Source of the DNA: Candidatus Caccovivens sp.
GTDB lineage: Bacteria > Bacillota > Clostridia > Christensenellales > UBA1242
DNA: 64,000 bases
Assembly: GCA_045650745.1 (NCBI GenBank)
Contig: JAZRRN010000049.1
Span: forward strand, 128,138 to 192,137
Reading direction: 5' to 3'
Below the pieces are notes generated by a model. That model was not told the origin of the DNA and did no database searches. It saw nothing but the letters and a program-made list of their open reading frames with translations. The translations under genes were made by a program, and so were the position numbers. Below, piece by piece: positions 27,001 to 29,370 of the stretch. Within the stretch, counting starts at the first letter, position 1. Each line of letters begins with the position of its first letter.

Positions 27001-28046
27001 GAGAATATGCATACGGAAGTGAAGTGACTCTTGAAGCTGTCGCAAGACCTGGTTATGTGTTTGACCACTGGACAATCAATGGACAAACAATCATGACTGC
27101 GACTTACAGATTTACAATCAATCAAGAAGCTGACATTGTTGCACTTGTTGCCACAAGACTTGGTGAGGCAGAATATACTCTCGAACACTACTACGAAATT
27201 TTGGGAGATTCTGGACACGAACTCAAGTATACTGACAAAAACAAGGGCACAACCGAATCTGTGATTGATGTTATGGCAGCTCTTAGAGAAGACCCTGGTT
27301 ATTCATTCTCTTACTGTGAAAACGGTGCAGAAAATGCAATCATCATGGGAGACGGATCTACGGTTGTAAGAATCTACTATATTATCAACTATGTTGAATT
27401 TAAGGTTACATTCTCTGAAGGTGTAGAAAGCGTGCTTGTTGAAGGTTATGGCGATTCAAACTATCTTGAATTGTTAAACTACAACGAATACACAAAGATT
27501 TACACTTACAGAGCAAAATACACAAAGAGATTGAGTTTGACAGTCGAACTTAAATCTGGTTACAAGATGATGGGCTGGATCGTTGATGACAATCAACAAC
27601 CAGAACCAAACTCAAATGTGGCTCGTGGTTTCTTGTTTGATGTTAGACCTGTTGACTTTGTGTTGACAGCAGTTGCAGAAACAAAGAAGATCGTGATTAT
27701 CTACGATCCAAACAACAATATCTCAAGTGAAGTTATCGACAATGACGAAGTGTTGTATAGAACCTACGCTATTTTGAGAGCAAACACATTTGAAAACGGA
27801 AACAAATTGTTCCTTGGTTGGTCTCTCAGCAACGATGGTGATGTTGCATTCTTCGACGGAGAAGAAATCTTCATCAACTTTGAAGATACTTTGACTTTGT
27901 ATGCTGTATGGCGTGATCAACCTGGATCAATGTGGTGGATCTGGCTTGTAGTTGGGGGTGTCGGTGCGTTGGGCATTGCCGTTGTGGTTGTGCTTATCAT
28001 AAGAAAACGCAGAAAAGACAGAGCCAAGATTATGAGCAAACAATAA
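1..28046 (+). CDS. Giant modular cell-surface protein, 5'-partial (open at window edge; at least 9,347 codons visible): Listeria-Bacteroides/Flg_new repeats plus MucBP-like and Ig-like modules, C-terminal TM tail anchor
   Basis: Frame 3 is open from nt 3 to TAA at 28044-28046, with no stop before the first ATG at 123. All other-frame ORFs inside are <190 aa. Many tens of ~70-80 aa units carry the signature R[TA]GY.F.GW ... [TV]LYA.W..N.Y.I, typical of Flg_new (PF09479/TIGR02543-type) repeats. The C-terminus reads PGSMWWIWLVVGGVGALGIAVVVVLIIRKRRKDRAKIMSKQ. A rho-independent terminator follows. Confidence 0.9.
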   Translation, partial: TQTLYARWTEHTYTITYTKNATDAQIDKTSENFTISTNITMATTTRTGYQMSGWLVTSNGGNWGTVNSQKYSNGQSGIKGMYGNVTLTAQWTANTYTIAFNANSGSGTMNSVSARYDQTVTLPANTFTRTGYSFTGWAKSAGGAKVYNDSAQVSNLSSSNNATVTLYACWTAKTYTLVFDSNGGSAVASVSGKAYDTTYGTLPSPTRAGYDFQGWFNTETSNNGSGTLVRSDSRFNTTTATFANVGTAGTNATVYAQWKEKTLVVSFNGNGGTASSASKSVVYNSAYGDLPTATRTGYSFKGWYTAATAGTNITKDSKVTATTDHTLYAQWTALRYQVKLSSQLTSGSLGDGWTEKIVYAEYDSATLYAAATGSSAAGEQKPTRRGYTFAGWFTAAEGGMMIVKADATSLVSSASGYVTSGKWSRTSTDVVTLYSQWTSNSYTITYNLNASDATFINAATSTQVYSTSAGVKLYGYGQVRRAGYTFSWKPSYTAGSEAASCPTWVNNTSLAVDASLTGVYGNVTLTAQWTAKTTNITLVLHNDGGQGPSSHTATYDQKVATIQAPASRPATVTTVAWRAGWTFQGYYTGTEGSGSKLINADGTVVAAAVDGWLKTGGIWAWDGTVGSSQNSNSVDLHAHWTRNTYTLNYTMDMGISLVKITGSLNDGEKTSNGSVTVTFGQQVTVVATASVGFDISNFAGGLTPGPTASIAGTVSGKSSTITLTFDETLLGATNNVISNNTYYIAAKSVPQQVGYRVRYILQNAKGEYGTPSEAGTFTAAAGSTLTLDDIKAKVSAASTAGYTYASNKYYTHNNESAAGSNASTFMVEGDGTLIVVLYYSFNSYTITFDVGEGQALSSPPAVYNIHGYFKTSASATSWTANGILPTPIRTGYDFKGWKANSVGNWGTSVYNGGTSLTGKYGNVTLSAEWSAHVYTITLNNNDTLSYIYEKYATGWYSNSNATSSISNIAIPTRAGYTFEGYFIQKAGAGAQIIGSNGGILASNTTFTADATIFAHWTPKVFTVTFDGNVVDNSISITPGSKEITFAAVYGTLATATRTGYTLEGWYKEAACKNKVTASTVVDTADNHFLFAKWTPNKYLVKLNGNGGTVGTLSNITGMTGTASPLTATYDTTGNFTAVMTRAGYTFTGWSVDPIGDNTTGITQGAITGQGGTFTVTNTKILNLVPSGEANLYAQWSADYVEISLDLNADTGSTVPTILHTKIYAKTGSAYSEAVTDKNNPNTTKVGLISPDRSGYTFAGWFEGKTTGSQVLPVTLVEGTYSSGAYRKTLYARWTANTYSITYAKNDGTGATYVDTVRATFDQDYTILAETNAKFDFFVTGHTFVNWATSPQGGTTYAPGVFTYTVPNNLTLYAIRNVNSYTLYYEANDARYQGTAELLAGKTDSEVYLYTASVDISARYKRIGYNFVSWNTQADGTGTTLTNANNKGLEATNGGIFRVYAIWEPGDVDVTVHHMTQTVGAAIAGDVAFSIADQTNYIENSAEVKKEKTGLTLTPENLATYFKTIDGFTKTSTTVSNTNAYLVLYDGSLEIYLLYTRNTSSMQVQIGTGISSVAATGDAGRTLSSTTSNGVSTFENIFFGESVTVSAVLRAGYHTPVFTVVENSIPAFANNTYLMPSTTAKLAVAATPGKVPYKIEIYLMTTAGAYLGSASEVLTEGLSATVDTELEINSTVYSKTGFTYDSTQANELKKMVAGDGSTTFKLYYSRNKYTFVLTASFNNVDATSIAPNTIKVNGTVVSAAYSKEYYFEEQVVLSDLVTFSGYEYVGFDFAGQHTAENALTSKTFTMLSKQTDVKLYFKSKEYTISYSMNGGVNDSTNPQKYATQLTDQIFNLVNPTRAGYSFAGWTETFASATIAGPKLTISANAYGDFTLTATWTPITYTISYNTNGGTLAAGAPVSYNIESTTTLPTITKVGQSFMGWKATTVAGNWELDKVYANGYLLTGMYGNVVLTAVWQPNVYEIVFDGNQGDGTTTVECLPPKAYIAYGSTQFYTGWTQSTYPNNVSGSVVSPIAKRNGYTFKGWYTSSTGGTQVITNLGALNAGVSGITSAAGNWSAAEGKTFYAQWTANSIEVAFDANVTTSYPTDNYNVTPTTKTVTFNNFYGALATATRTGYTFAGWYSDSACKNQVAENTQVVNHEAHTLYAKWTANTQTIVYTTTNVTVGASSPTSVKSHEANINATFTSNTGYSMPENVQVKVGGVLLTDGYTYTRGADYNSATLVIEKEYINASVEVVVPGVPGINDVTFNVTNVTAAGDATATSGVTYTATLHRAYGYHLPTTISVTVLGEVKVAGTDYSYTISADQQTATIIIVGSKIIGPVVITAAGIAKDVVVTFNPNLGTVSPTTMTTKFNENYPTLPVPVRRGYTFGGWYTQAYAVDATPTTEAVTSSTKVTNEEAHTLYAYWISKTVSVRVQNLSGTSAEGNVMGTSTWTFTQSFKTGEIVQFAHDAKLDAYGTPLYSFAKYVKGTTWSGDTLTSYTITADDTEAGVQLEFRVCYAIQINLYAVTNGVALDASGGSVKTHEGGEVGATSTNSWAYGEVMSFTPEAIAEPGYTFEGWYANQECTGDVVSTLAKPTLQFGTSGHLAYYAKFVSTPYTITYVLNGGEFAPGFTPVEIYNVITKVTLPVEANVVRTGYTFVAWKENENLSGTAVTEIPLGTIGNKTFYAEYTPNSYTISLDQNSATTDGTLSVVAVYEQTKSFAITAPQKVGYAFDGWSITRDGKDILIDDQGNLVASMTGYTTSDGRWQRAESIQLYAVWAVNSYAIQFTLDSSTRIAQITINDQVYTESGSALIVYGTRAEISIVPSVGYVIQSVKGGTNPSALENVGTIALDRTAFSYTIEKFNYVAAVNKGVAYYLDVQSRDMKYTISFNANGGVGTMENLDMEYHVDKALPTTSFVRTGYTFAGWATSSTGEVILADGATVTESLATTEGQEVTLYAIWSEHSYTLTFMGVHNAFDVKVAAADGNVYKTVSITSEANSIEGIKYSDIVVAGASGVGFTPAGLQLGSDIKGSDPSRVGYTWGIQSGATRHLYAITTDSSSVYLGGKSFSNHWTSSAVTTGQRTEGYAFAQLTSTKNGSVRIEVLWTANPYTITLDQNTATTEGTKTVVATYDSASLNVPISNPTKTGYTFRGWTSLRDGEIVVIDTAGHLVENVEGFTGANGIWKKAENATLFAKWTPNEYVVTFEPNGGTVDIATKTVVFDAAYGTLAVAQRIGYTFDNWYFEPAFTTTLTEETIVKTPANHTVYAKWIPNPDTPYTIYHYKESIGVENPSTSNPAHWDDPEVEVLKGVTDTMVTPAVKNYIGFVAPATQTILIKPDGTGEVHYYYTRLQYQLTLKAKFDGEVNPTLDINKVDLTIAGVANSQISAYQSNIDYGSEIVVSNMDLYPGYTYEGFVVERFVSSAWVTDAEANIDSYLMTEFDTTIYLLFEGRDFVIELDFVEGTSIQQPTIEYSTKISNQVFALAPVVRPGYTFVEWAFAWKDATDHSTQTPAVATGNIELAANVYGDITLTAVWQPNTYTITYYPNSGTGNEVTDSVVFDSKYTVRPANLYYKTGYTFVGWNTLANGSGNGWTAGEEITWQVVGNVDLYAQWETIVYSIKFHGTGENVRGSMEDMTLDYDVAYNLTTNAFTRAGYIYKGWATEEDGELVYEDGQQVFNLTIVPNDVIHLYTVWEARTDTPYITKVYLMDKDGNYSASPTSVITKQGVTDTVINFTTTGTSVTMDAVRKRLETGEETHETSVYEYVGFSYDEAKTGITSDTNDITIKITLINDGDGEIEEFREISLYFARNKYTLTVNPNGGTYNETGAETVYNQYYQTTVEIADPVRIGHTFDGWERSANFHGVFENGVYTFNAGDDTLTAKWIVNRYKVVLNINDATFSNGTTSVENVNNIANASLVNGTITLYIDYGTKYQTLYTEEKGNTTVNYADFTSVNVSRLGYTFVGFYDRNIALGGTVDGATQITTETLFEYTGNDTVLYAFWTRNQDTPYVVNHYQEKKHIDNADISNSTHWDLVKEENLTGETDSTKTPAVETYKGFTSPTAQTIVIDARGTTVVNYFYTRNQYYVDISGSFAFDGTETIVEGLNTSVVDVLADTSLLAGASDFNKLVDFGTRITLSNLQVGGGWTFKGIVWNYTAVEDSETAVEGNVNPLLDIVVEEESQLEIVLKFEGNVYAIDYDLDHGTAENETQYQTSLNDRSITVNTPVRTGWTFMGWRHVWKGDDEHSSNLPTLTQVNDSSVLAILANTYGSIAITATWKANEYTITLNQNSADVEGTTSVVATYDSNTLSKAISNPRRTGYTFLGWAKTQNGNDLIIDVAGKLIANTDYTGENGIWQHVGDVELFAEWKVHKYTIKFHANTGAGTMADLQMTYNTAQTLTPNGFTKLGYDFTGWATSASGNVVYTDQQEVINLTAVDGDVLNFYAVWVARNDIEYSIEIYQMDTAGNYPETVEPIVRNDGTTDTNLRIEQITEGAKTTAISINEVTYSFAGFVVDTDLSTLGNINVNADGSAIVKLYFIRNTYTLTIRVQAGTTVKVKESAVVDGTQLTMYFEEEFTLETILWEGYTWEGYSATGTPLLKLVADAMGAQTAQMGMGDAEITSQATIDSYKLTIKPNGGVYEGSTTDIVIEQTYGSTYTVANPTRVGYTFMGWVVDPEANSNRLDAGVYTFGVGVNTTGVGDDTITAQWKVNRYKVVLDLNDSKAGNGTTRAVTTIGTEVGGLVEMYVTYDTNYDAMYLQEEGGEPIAVEDFTDTVITRNGYRFVGFYTERNLLAANDNKGTQITNSTHFLTANDDTIIYAKWEYKLVNYTVEHYQANIGVYSDLDTTNSTLAKDEHGNDLVEVFQAYTDSTQTPAVKTFEGFTSPNAQSVVVDANGVTLVRYFYARNSYIFVLLAGNGVASVGASGTGVKLDATSTEVARRYDVQYDAEVSLTATNKTGYTLTGWDTASGISIVDDKFAMPAKLVNVTATAQPNRYKVVFDTNSTDEVTASQPVTNGKITLYAEFDSTWAVLYTNKQVTAGEQEVLFDALNPQRIGHTFNGWYTTAYAADGTVDLATRIYSTTGFATANDDTVIYANWTINTYTLTIDYLYFDGTEAKPTFERVLKFRESISVDSALIYGYTADFTNITIDSMPANDVEKTVVYSANKYNITYDLAKGKWSEGETPMTEYTIRDSIVFAQAERLGYTFIGWKVTSEYADLVDGNFVKDTIYTESSVNVGMYGHVAFEAQWEANRTTPYMVYLHKMNTVGGYDASGLSSEERRDGITDQYLETEINADLTIVTINEVAYSFDGFTIDTVTTGDISEILVEPDGSAQIHIYFARNTYTLTIYAQEGTTVKVKGVQVEDASEHTLYFEEEFALETILWEGYTWQNYVAGGTPLLALTEDQMGSQIVKMGMGDATITSQAKINTYTLTIDPNAGQYNASEEVFVVTQNYGSTYQLAVAGRVGYTFVGWKFTTEANAGRLVGDTYTFGIGVNTTGVGDDTITAQWKANRYEVVLNFNDSHFNAGSTVADITEVKTSEGNSLVATNGLLSLYAIYDVNYSRLYVNDDETAPNGAEYVTFADFAHPAVDRVGYEFVTFASSTEEDGEVVDSSTVCQTAGSVTIYAIWQVESYTLTIDKTLPKVSVVVENATEIGTDQYTVVFDTTIKLTATMDIGYHFNKWTEDEYDLSTALELTYTYLQDNDTTITANVAPNTYEISYHANTGVGSIQSTPATYDVEVVLSDGTGFTKLGYTQVGWECEGQSYELADTVINLTTQDNGVVTMMAVWRANTYNVSFETNNGSAVADTSATYDQAKPIAETTLRAGYRFLGWSTVNGKESNHTELTAEQLAGKDVTTYLVENSKANGIYLYNEVYYMFNLSAEHGGEVVVYAIWTPDYAPYRLEYYLEGLDGNYVLDTEIVETGLEIDRNSTTITDQFTETVVSIPQLTYYGFTLDLNNPNTILTGAVIGDGSLVLRVYYTRNTYSIDFVIPSLGVDSVSATSEHEVDEDVFKYNSSVTVGVVQSKGYRLDGIVCGLLEVEAAELPYTFLLHEDMAFEVKVTALPFEYIVKYRFESLDDTTLYEENLALVTDKTKIDLVDVLIDYDKIADDIEDVAGFSYERFEGGIVKPVVDPGDQNLIVTIYYSRNYYALSLQLTTGISQLEAITDTLKVIEETENVAEGTKLYSVRYEARVDLVYDTEPGYAYGSWSDEIVVGEDPDWYIASMPSENLSIYMNGRTLPADVTIKYFFRDMADSKWVYDADEDQVVKHLYTASEIESVEGLGLKTYDGFTFSTFQTGVIVKGDGTSTLDVFYSRNSIQVSVSMTEGVASVRAFVNEEGGAYRLDFNFTEDGQFSLKYGATATLTYVLSTDGYRWVDFEGATKVGNAYTITAGIEDISVRAVAENKVYTITFYGYDTDVDVVTQQATYNRTVILTPNTFTRVGYTYKEWNTVADESGVVYTDQQEFNYLLTADLELHAIWSPIAYKVAYDGNMATGGEMEGHDEIFYDAPFTLKKNLYVRTGYTFKEWNRNADGTGESFADEQEGVVNLTSTAGETVVLYVIWNENTYTLAYNSNYSSVCAKEDVLSDAETYLYTANVAIKHADDLGYFVEGYTFVGWTISIEGVETVVYADDILRSLTSTPNGSVIAHAIWEANKYIIKFNPNTGIGEMEDVKATYDETLTLPKSTFTKIGYTFDGWNSKADRSGDEYADEAEVINLAPEGEFVLYAQWKTITYTITYLANLEGFAGGFEGVEGETYTSTFTIEDEVHLVIEPFLSKIGHTLLGYTFEESEGNWQVVFSGDIDLNTLEDEILDVGIYGNVTLKAKWFVNSYDLTVVYNYQNGTTAAETVVQSIKYMQPYEVASPIITGYTADILVVEGIMDELGKTIVVTYIPNKYKITFDLNNAIGTGATTIEYTEAIVTYDSKYALATVEGVERGLVFPTRRGYDFVGWYFDQALTLLVVNNDTVKIVEDTTLYAKWQARNDTKFTVLYNFESLDGKSYEFKAEVPSLEGQGYTDTMVTEQMVVDLTGGALPTLAGFAYTHTIYASLDADVQAQINVYYSRSYFDLDLSTTIGITTFTASAQQQPDADQEETFYITNVGEGNYYVRFETTIILAYTIDNPGYEFVAYSSEQVDAASGQFDMIAERVEVLASARPKPYTITFIGNNGATEDGDTTYLQSGTNIYRETIVLDATQFTRTGYTFAGWALTEEKADAREYDYADQAEFMLEVYSENVNLWAVWEPIPYKFWIDGTAGIDATQVTIFVDGELFPYEEEMIVYYDQIVRIYHTYTIEEETKSALKGGYDFTSFNLGDEVQSTGAFYEFIFHGETLVTLVATPRNDTKFRVVYKLENVARDGYEVDEEIIAEGTTDKLVTYDYLVELGLVRTYTGFDYSTFVDENDQEEIFIIYSNDNPEGYAVVCIKYVRLHYSLILNTSVGVQTFVPNVKDASTITQLPDQYRVYYQASFELQLDMYPGYRFLDFVVTAQEAQGSESLGTTEAVQLELREDGYYYGAKLILSFVANAETGYYDVIMAPYDITITTQSEPIVYTFTYHRYLNEEDEETFSEEVTFNTAYTIYYPSNIKEGWSKLGYDFIGWATTKEEAIAQIPVYTYDETLADLQFEHYLDPNDTELWAVWIPADNTYKIEYYFENIDGTYSLHEDKTADKIGKTDSTANYELLPVEEVVGFEFFPDHEDSILSANIDPAGDMVLKVYYKRIWYDVVVNYDIGIEYIRVAAGANATVEEETTGKIVVKVKYGAHVTVSYRENPGYTFVEYVEKTEMGVEVDGTFEMPAGNVEFDAISQPNIYTLTFKNGFKPELADDYTQQYVFATYMPLEPNRFVRAGYTFIGWDITIGEETTRYEDCQSLLYNHPDDLEAIAVWEANPDTPYVVEYYTQKIDGTFVLAESVNLVGRTDTEITEEIVFAAYINTSINKQGYAYSRMRDDAPLINGDGSTVTGVEYVLVDMDVRFSMSKPNTDPPEPMAGLDNVVINYLDPNGDVENYLVETEEIVPIKYTSTLKIKVTAKEGYQLLRIVITTATTRIEYLRTDVGEDGFFTYTVPSESVTVKIEVEPKEYSITYYKNFKEEGEFTTQRVRYLERVVFNGYFSETGYTLLGWSTDPLATEAEYRINHVLEQYTWTEDIAMHAIWLENEYTIVYNSNTAAGEIESVVVKYSEIYKLASASAFTKTGYKFVTWTTDTADANQVVEVPDVSQIENRGIYKNLADDAYYATKMVTGTIGDDTVELYAVWTPIEYTIKYAYDETEQQTLSLGTFKYDQTYKLRAFEVVAWVNRGYDFIGWKYTTDDGEQVNIYCEENGIPEVTNLTTQDGKVVMLYVIWGLGDSPFTIRILKETLDGVYGETEGNYIDITGNEIQTESIVTSDIAYHYFVAGTDYDKLEGYAYTSSRQDSQAISAVGNTIVKVYFARRYYNLTITKNATVTDVELVSSGTNTHYLINNTVNERVYAVKYGDRVTLGLSEAEGYSDGYFEVDLANSVEGTVLEADGKSLTIGPGDITIKANAVASGDTLFTIKIYKETLSGEYKTPAYTTYSTGATESVVDVDAVRELVENEPGYDFTGFSFGFVDENVVIMGNGQTVVGVYFTRNSYKLSTKATNYRAVVNLSDEANYRYEAEASVTGVLNRGYSLAEKDIWVEDLEGNKLEVELSVTIAELGNGTKQYAVFIKNMPAADAVVVFASTNNTDTKFTVVYMFQDITLTNYLEDVRYPRVVKTGETEHVLTREDIGFDELVVDGFNPAYSSIDGEIVEILGDGSVVVYIYFNRDQYVLTLTFEDPMNGLIVDSLSVTGHGIQELTTLAWYVYSGQTVTIEFELDAGFTFGGFEVNGVKREETATRLRVVISDSDMDVTVYIVAQTDIEYRIEYYRQELVDNQASDKYNRVHYINLHGTANEYLAPEAFLEMYVENLESIEGYRPEMFKGLRFDHYEVSIKGLPTDHPVVSGDGSTIIRFYYNRIMINVSFEYDSEFTANHLESLSGDGEYAYGSEVTLEAVARPGYVFDHWTINGQTIMTATYRFTINQEADIVALVATRLGEAEYTLEHYYEILGDSGHELKYTDKNKGTTESVIDVMAALREDPGYSFSYCENGAENAIIMGDGSTVVRIYYIINYVEFKVTFSEGVESVLVEGYGDSNYLELLNYNEYTKIYTYRAKYTKRLSLTVELKSGYKMMGWIVDDNQQPEPNSNVARGFLFDVRPVDFVLTAVAETKKIVIIYDPNNNISSEVIDNDEVLYRTYAILRANTFENGNKLFLGWSLSNDGDVAFFDGEEIFINFEDTLTLYAVWRDQPGSMWWIWLVVGGVGALGIAVVVVLIIRKRRKDRAKIMSKQ
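3..9815 (+). repeat. Near-continuous array of Flg_new-type protein repeats (N-proximal visible part of the giant ORF)
   Basis: Translation shows back-to-back units ending in motifs such as TLYAQWTANTYTI, TLYACWTAKTYTL and TLYSQWTSNSYTI. Only a few other inserts interrupt them, for example Ig-like units around 6.5-7.05 kb. Boundaries are approximate. Confidence 0.7.
13341..14165 (+). repeat. Internal paralogous segment, copy 1 (pairs with 15750-16568)
   Basis: The peptide run ...YFEEEFTLETILWEGYTWEGY...MGMGDAEITSQA...GVGVNTTGVGDDTITAQWKVNRYKVVL is matched almost motif-for-motif by copy 2. DNA identity is also visible, for example the shared stretch gtaaacacaacagg.gttggcgatgacac.atcacagc.caatggaaag.aaacagata. 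Confidence 0.7.
15750..16568 (+). repeat. Internal paralogous segment, copy 2 (pairs with 13341-14165)
   Basis: The peptide run ...YFEEEFALETILWEGYTWQNY...MGMGDATITSQA...GIGVNTTGVGDDTITAQWKANRYEVVL is collinear with copy 1 at about 2.4 kb offset. Confidence 0.7.
27930..28043 (+). other. C-terminal transmembrane helix plus basic tail (tail anchor) of the giant protein
   Basis: MWWIWLVVGGVGALGIAVVVVLII is followed by RKRRKDRAKIMSKQ. No LPXTG-like motif precedes it. Confidence 0.7.
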
Positions 28047-28053
28047 AAAAAAT

Positions 28054-28083
28054 GAGTGAGGATTTTTCCTCACTCTTTTTTTT
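28054..28083 (+). terminator. Rho-independent terminator of the giant gene
   Basis: GAGTGAGG (28054-28061) pairs with CCTCACTC (28068-28075), followed by a T8 run. Confidence 0.85.
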
Positions 28084-28168
28084 AAAAGTTGCAAAAAATC
28101 GCAAAAAAATTGTTGTTTTGTTTTGTTTTTTGGGAAAAATGTTATAAACTACAAGAAGGAGGAACTAA

Positions 28169-29296
28169 ATGAAAAAATTAAACATAGTTCAATACGGATG
28201 CGGAAAAATGAGCGTCTACACAATGCGCTACGTGTTTGAAAAAGGCGCAAAAATCGTTGGAGCTTTTGACATTAACGAAAATGTTATTGGCAAAGATATT
28301 GGCGAAATCATTGGAGATGGAAAAAAATATAAAGTAAAGGTTGACAATGCACAAAATTTTGAAAACTTTCTCAAAACTCATGATGTAGATTGTGTTATTG
28401 TTACAACAATGAGTTTGCTTGCAGACATCGAAGAAACATTTCTTGTTTGTGCAAGATGTGGCGTAAATGCTATCTCAACTTGCGAAGAAGCTTTCTTCCC
28501 ACAAAACAGCAATCCAAAAGCATTTGAAAAAATCAATCAACTTGCAATTGAAAATGGTTGCACAATTTGTGGAAGTGGTTATCAAGATGTTTTCTGGGGC
28601 AACCTTATCAGCGTGCTTGCAGGTGCAACACACAAAATCACAAAAATCAAAGGAAAGAGCAGTTACAATGTTGAAGACTATGGCATTGCGCTTGCAAAAG
28701 TTCATGGTGCTGGACTTTCTGTTGAAGATTTTGAAAAAGAAGTTGCTGCTGCAGACAACATTTCAGAAGCTGCAAGAAAGAAACTTATCAACGCAGGCGA
28801 ATTTGTCCCAAGTTATATGTGGACAGTAAATGGTTGGCTTGCTAGCAAGCTTGGCTTGACAGTGAAAAAACAAACACAAAAATGTATTCCACACATCGCA
28901 AAAAAAGCACTCAAGAGTTCAACTCTTGGTATGACAATTCCAAAAGGTGCTTGCACAGGAATGAGCGCTGTTGTTGTTACAGAAACTAAAGAAGGCATCA
29001 CATTGGAAACAGAATGTATCGGAAAAGTTTATGACAACACAGAATTTGACTGCAACGACTGGACAATTGAAGGCGAACCAAACACAAGAGTTGTGATTGA
29101 AAGACCTGCAACTGTCGAACTTACTTGTGCAACAGTTGTAAACAGAATTCCAGATTTGATGATGGCACCAGCTGGATATTTCACAACAGAATTTATGCCA
29201 GAAAACTTCTATAAGACAGAATCTTTGGAAAAATATGTTCTTGATCTTGAAGGTTGCTGCTGCGAAGGCGAATGCGACTGCCACGATCATAAGTAA
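28169..29296 (+). CDS. NAD(P)-binding DapB-like oxidoreductase (amine dehydrogenase / 2,4-diaminopentanoate dehydrogenase-like family) with Cys/His-rich C-terminal tail
   Basis: SD AAGGAGG lies 7 nt upstream. The N-terminal Rossmann-type motif is MKKLNIVQYGCGKMS...IVGAFD, and the length is about 375 aa. The tail reads EGCCCEGECDCHDHK. The family call is from remembered similarity, not a search. Confidence 0.45.
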   Translation: MKKLNIVQYGCGKMSVYTMRYVFEKGAKIVGAFDINENVIGKDIGEIIGDGKKYKVKVDNAQNFENFLKTHDVDCVIVTTMSLLADIEETFLVCARCGVNAISTCEEAFFPQNSNPKAFEKINQLAIENGCTICGSGYQDVFWGNLISVLAGATHKITKIKGKSSYNVEDYGIALAKVHGAGLSVEDFEKEVAAADNISEAARKKLINAGEFVPSYMWTVNGWLASKLGLTVKKQTQKCIPHIAKKALKSSTLGMTIPKGACTGMSAVVVTETKEGITLETECIGKVYDNTEFDCNDWTIEGEPNTRVVIERPATVELTCATVVNRIPDLMMAPAGYFTTEFMPENFYKTESLEKYVLDLEGCCCEGECDCHDHK

Positions 29297-29305
29297 TCAA
29301 AAAGC

Positions 29306-29338
29306 AAAATTGTTCGATTTTGGTCGAACAATTTTCTT
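29306..29338 (+). terminator. Rho-independent terminator
   Basis: AAAATTGTTCGA (29306-29317) pairs with TCGAACAATTTT (29324-29335) as a 12-bp stem, with T-rich 3' flank. Confidence 0.75.
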
Positions 29339-29370
29339 AATGCCCAAATTTGACTATGGAGAAAAAAGAT

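Noticed and set aside
228-27920. About 90 ORF-track entries (60-190 aa) on both strands inside the giant gene
   Set aside because: All are nested in or antisense to a 28-kb open frame with clear protein-repeat signatures. Their products are low-complexity (C/L/Q/S-rich) with no SD or motifs. They are a by-product of biased, repetitive codon usage.
27850-28046. LPXTG/sortase, PGF-CTERM-like or other processed sorting signal at the giant protein C-terminus (the QPGS preceding the TM helix caught my eye)
   Set aside because: There is no LPXTG-like pentapeptide. The similarity of QPGS to PGF-CTERM is weak, and the second large surface protein lacks it. I treat the region simply as a TM tail anchor.
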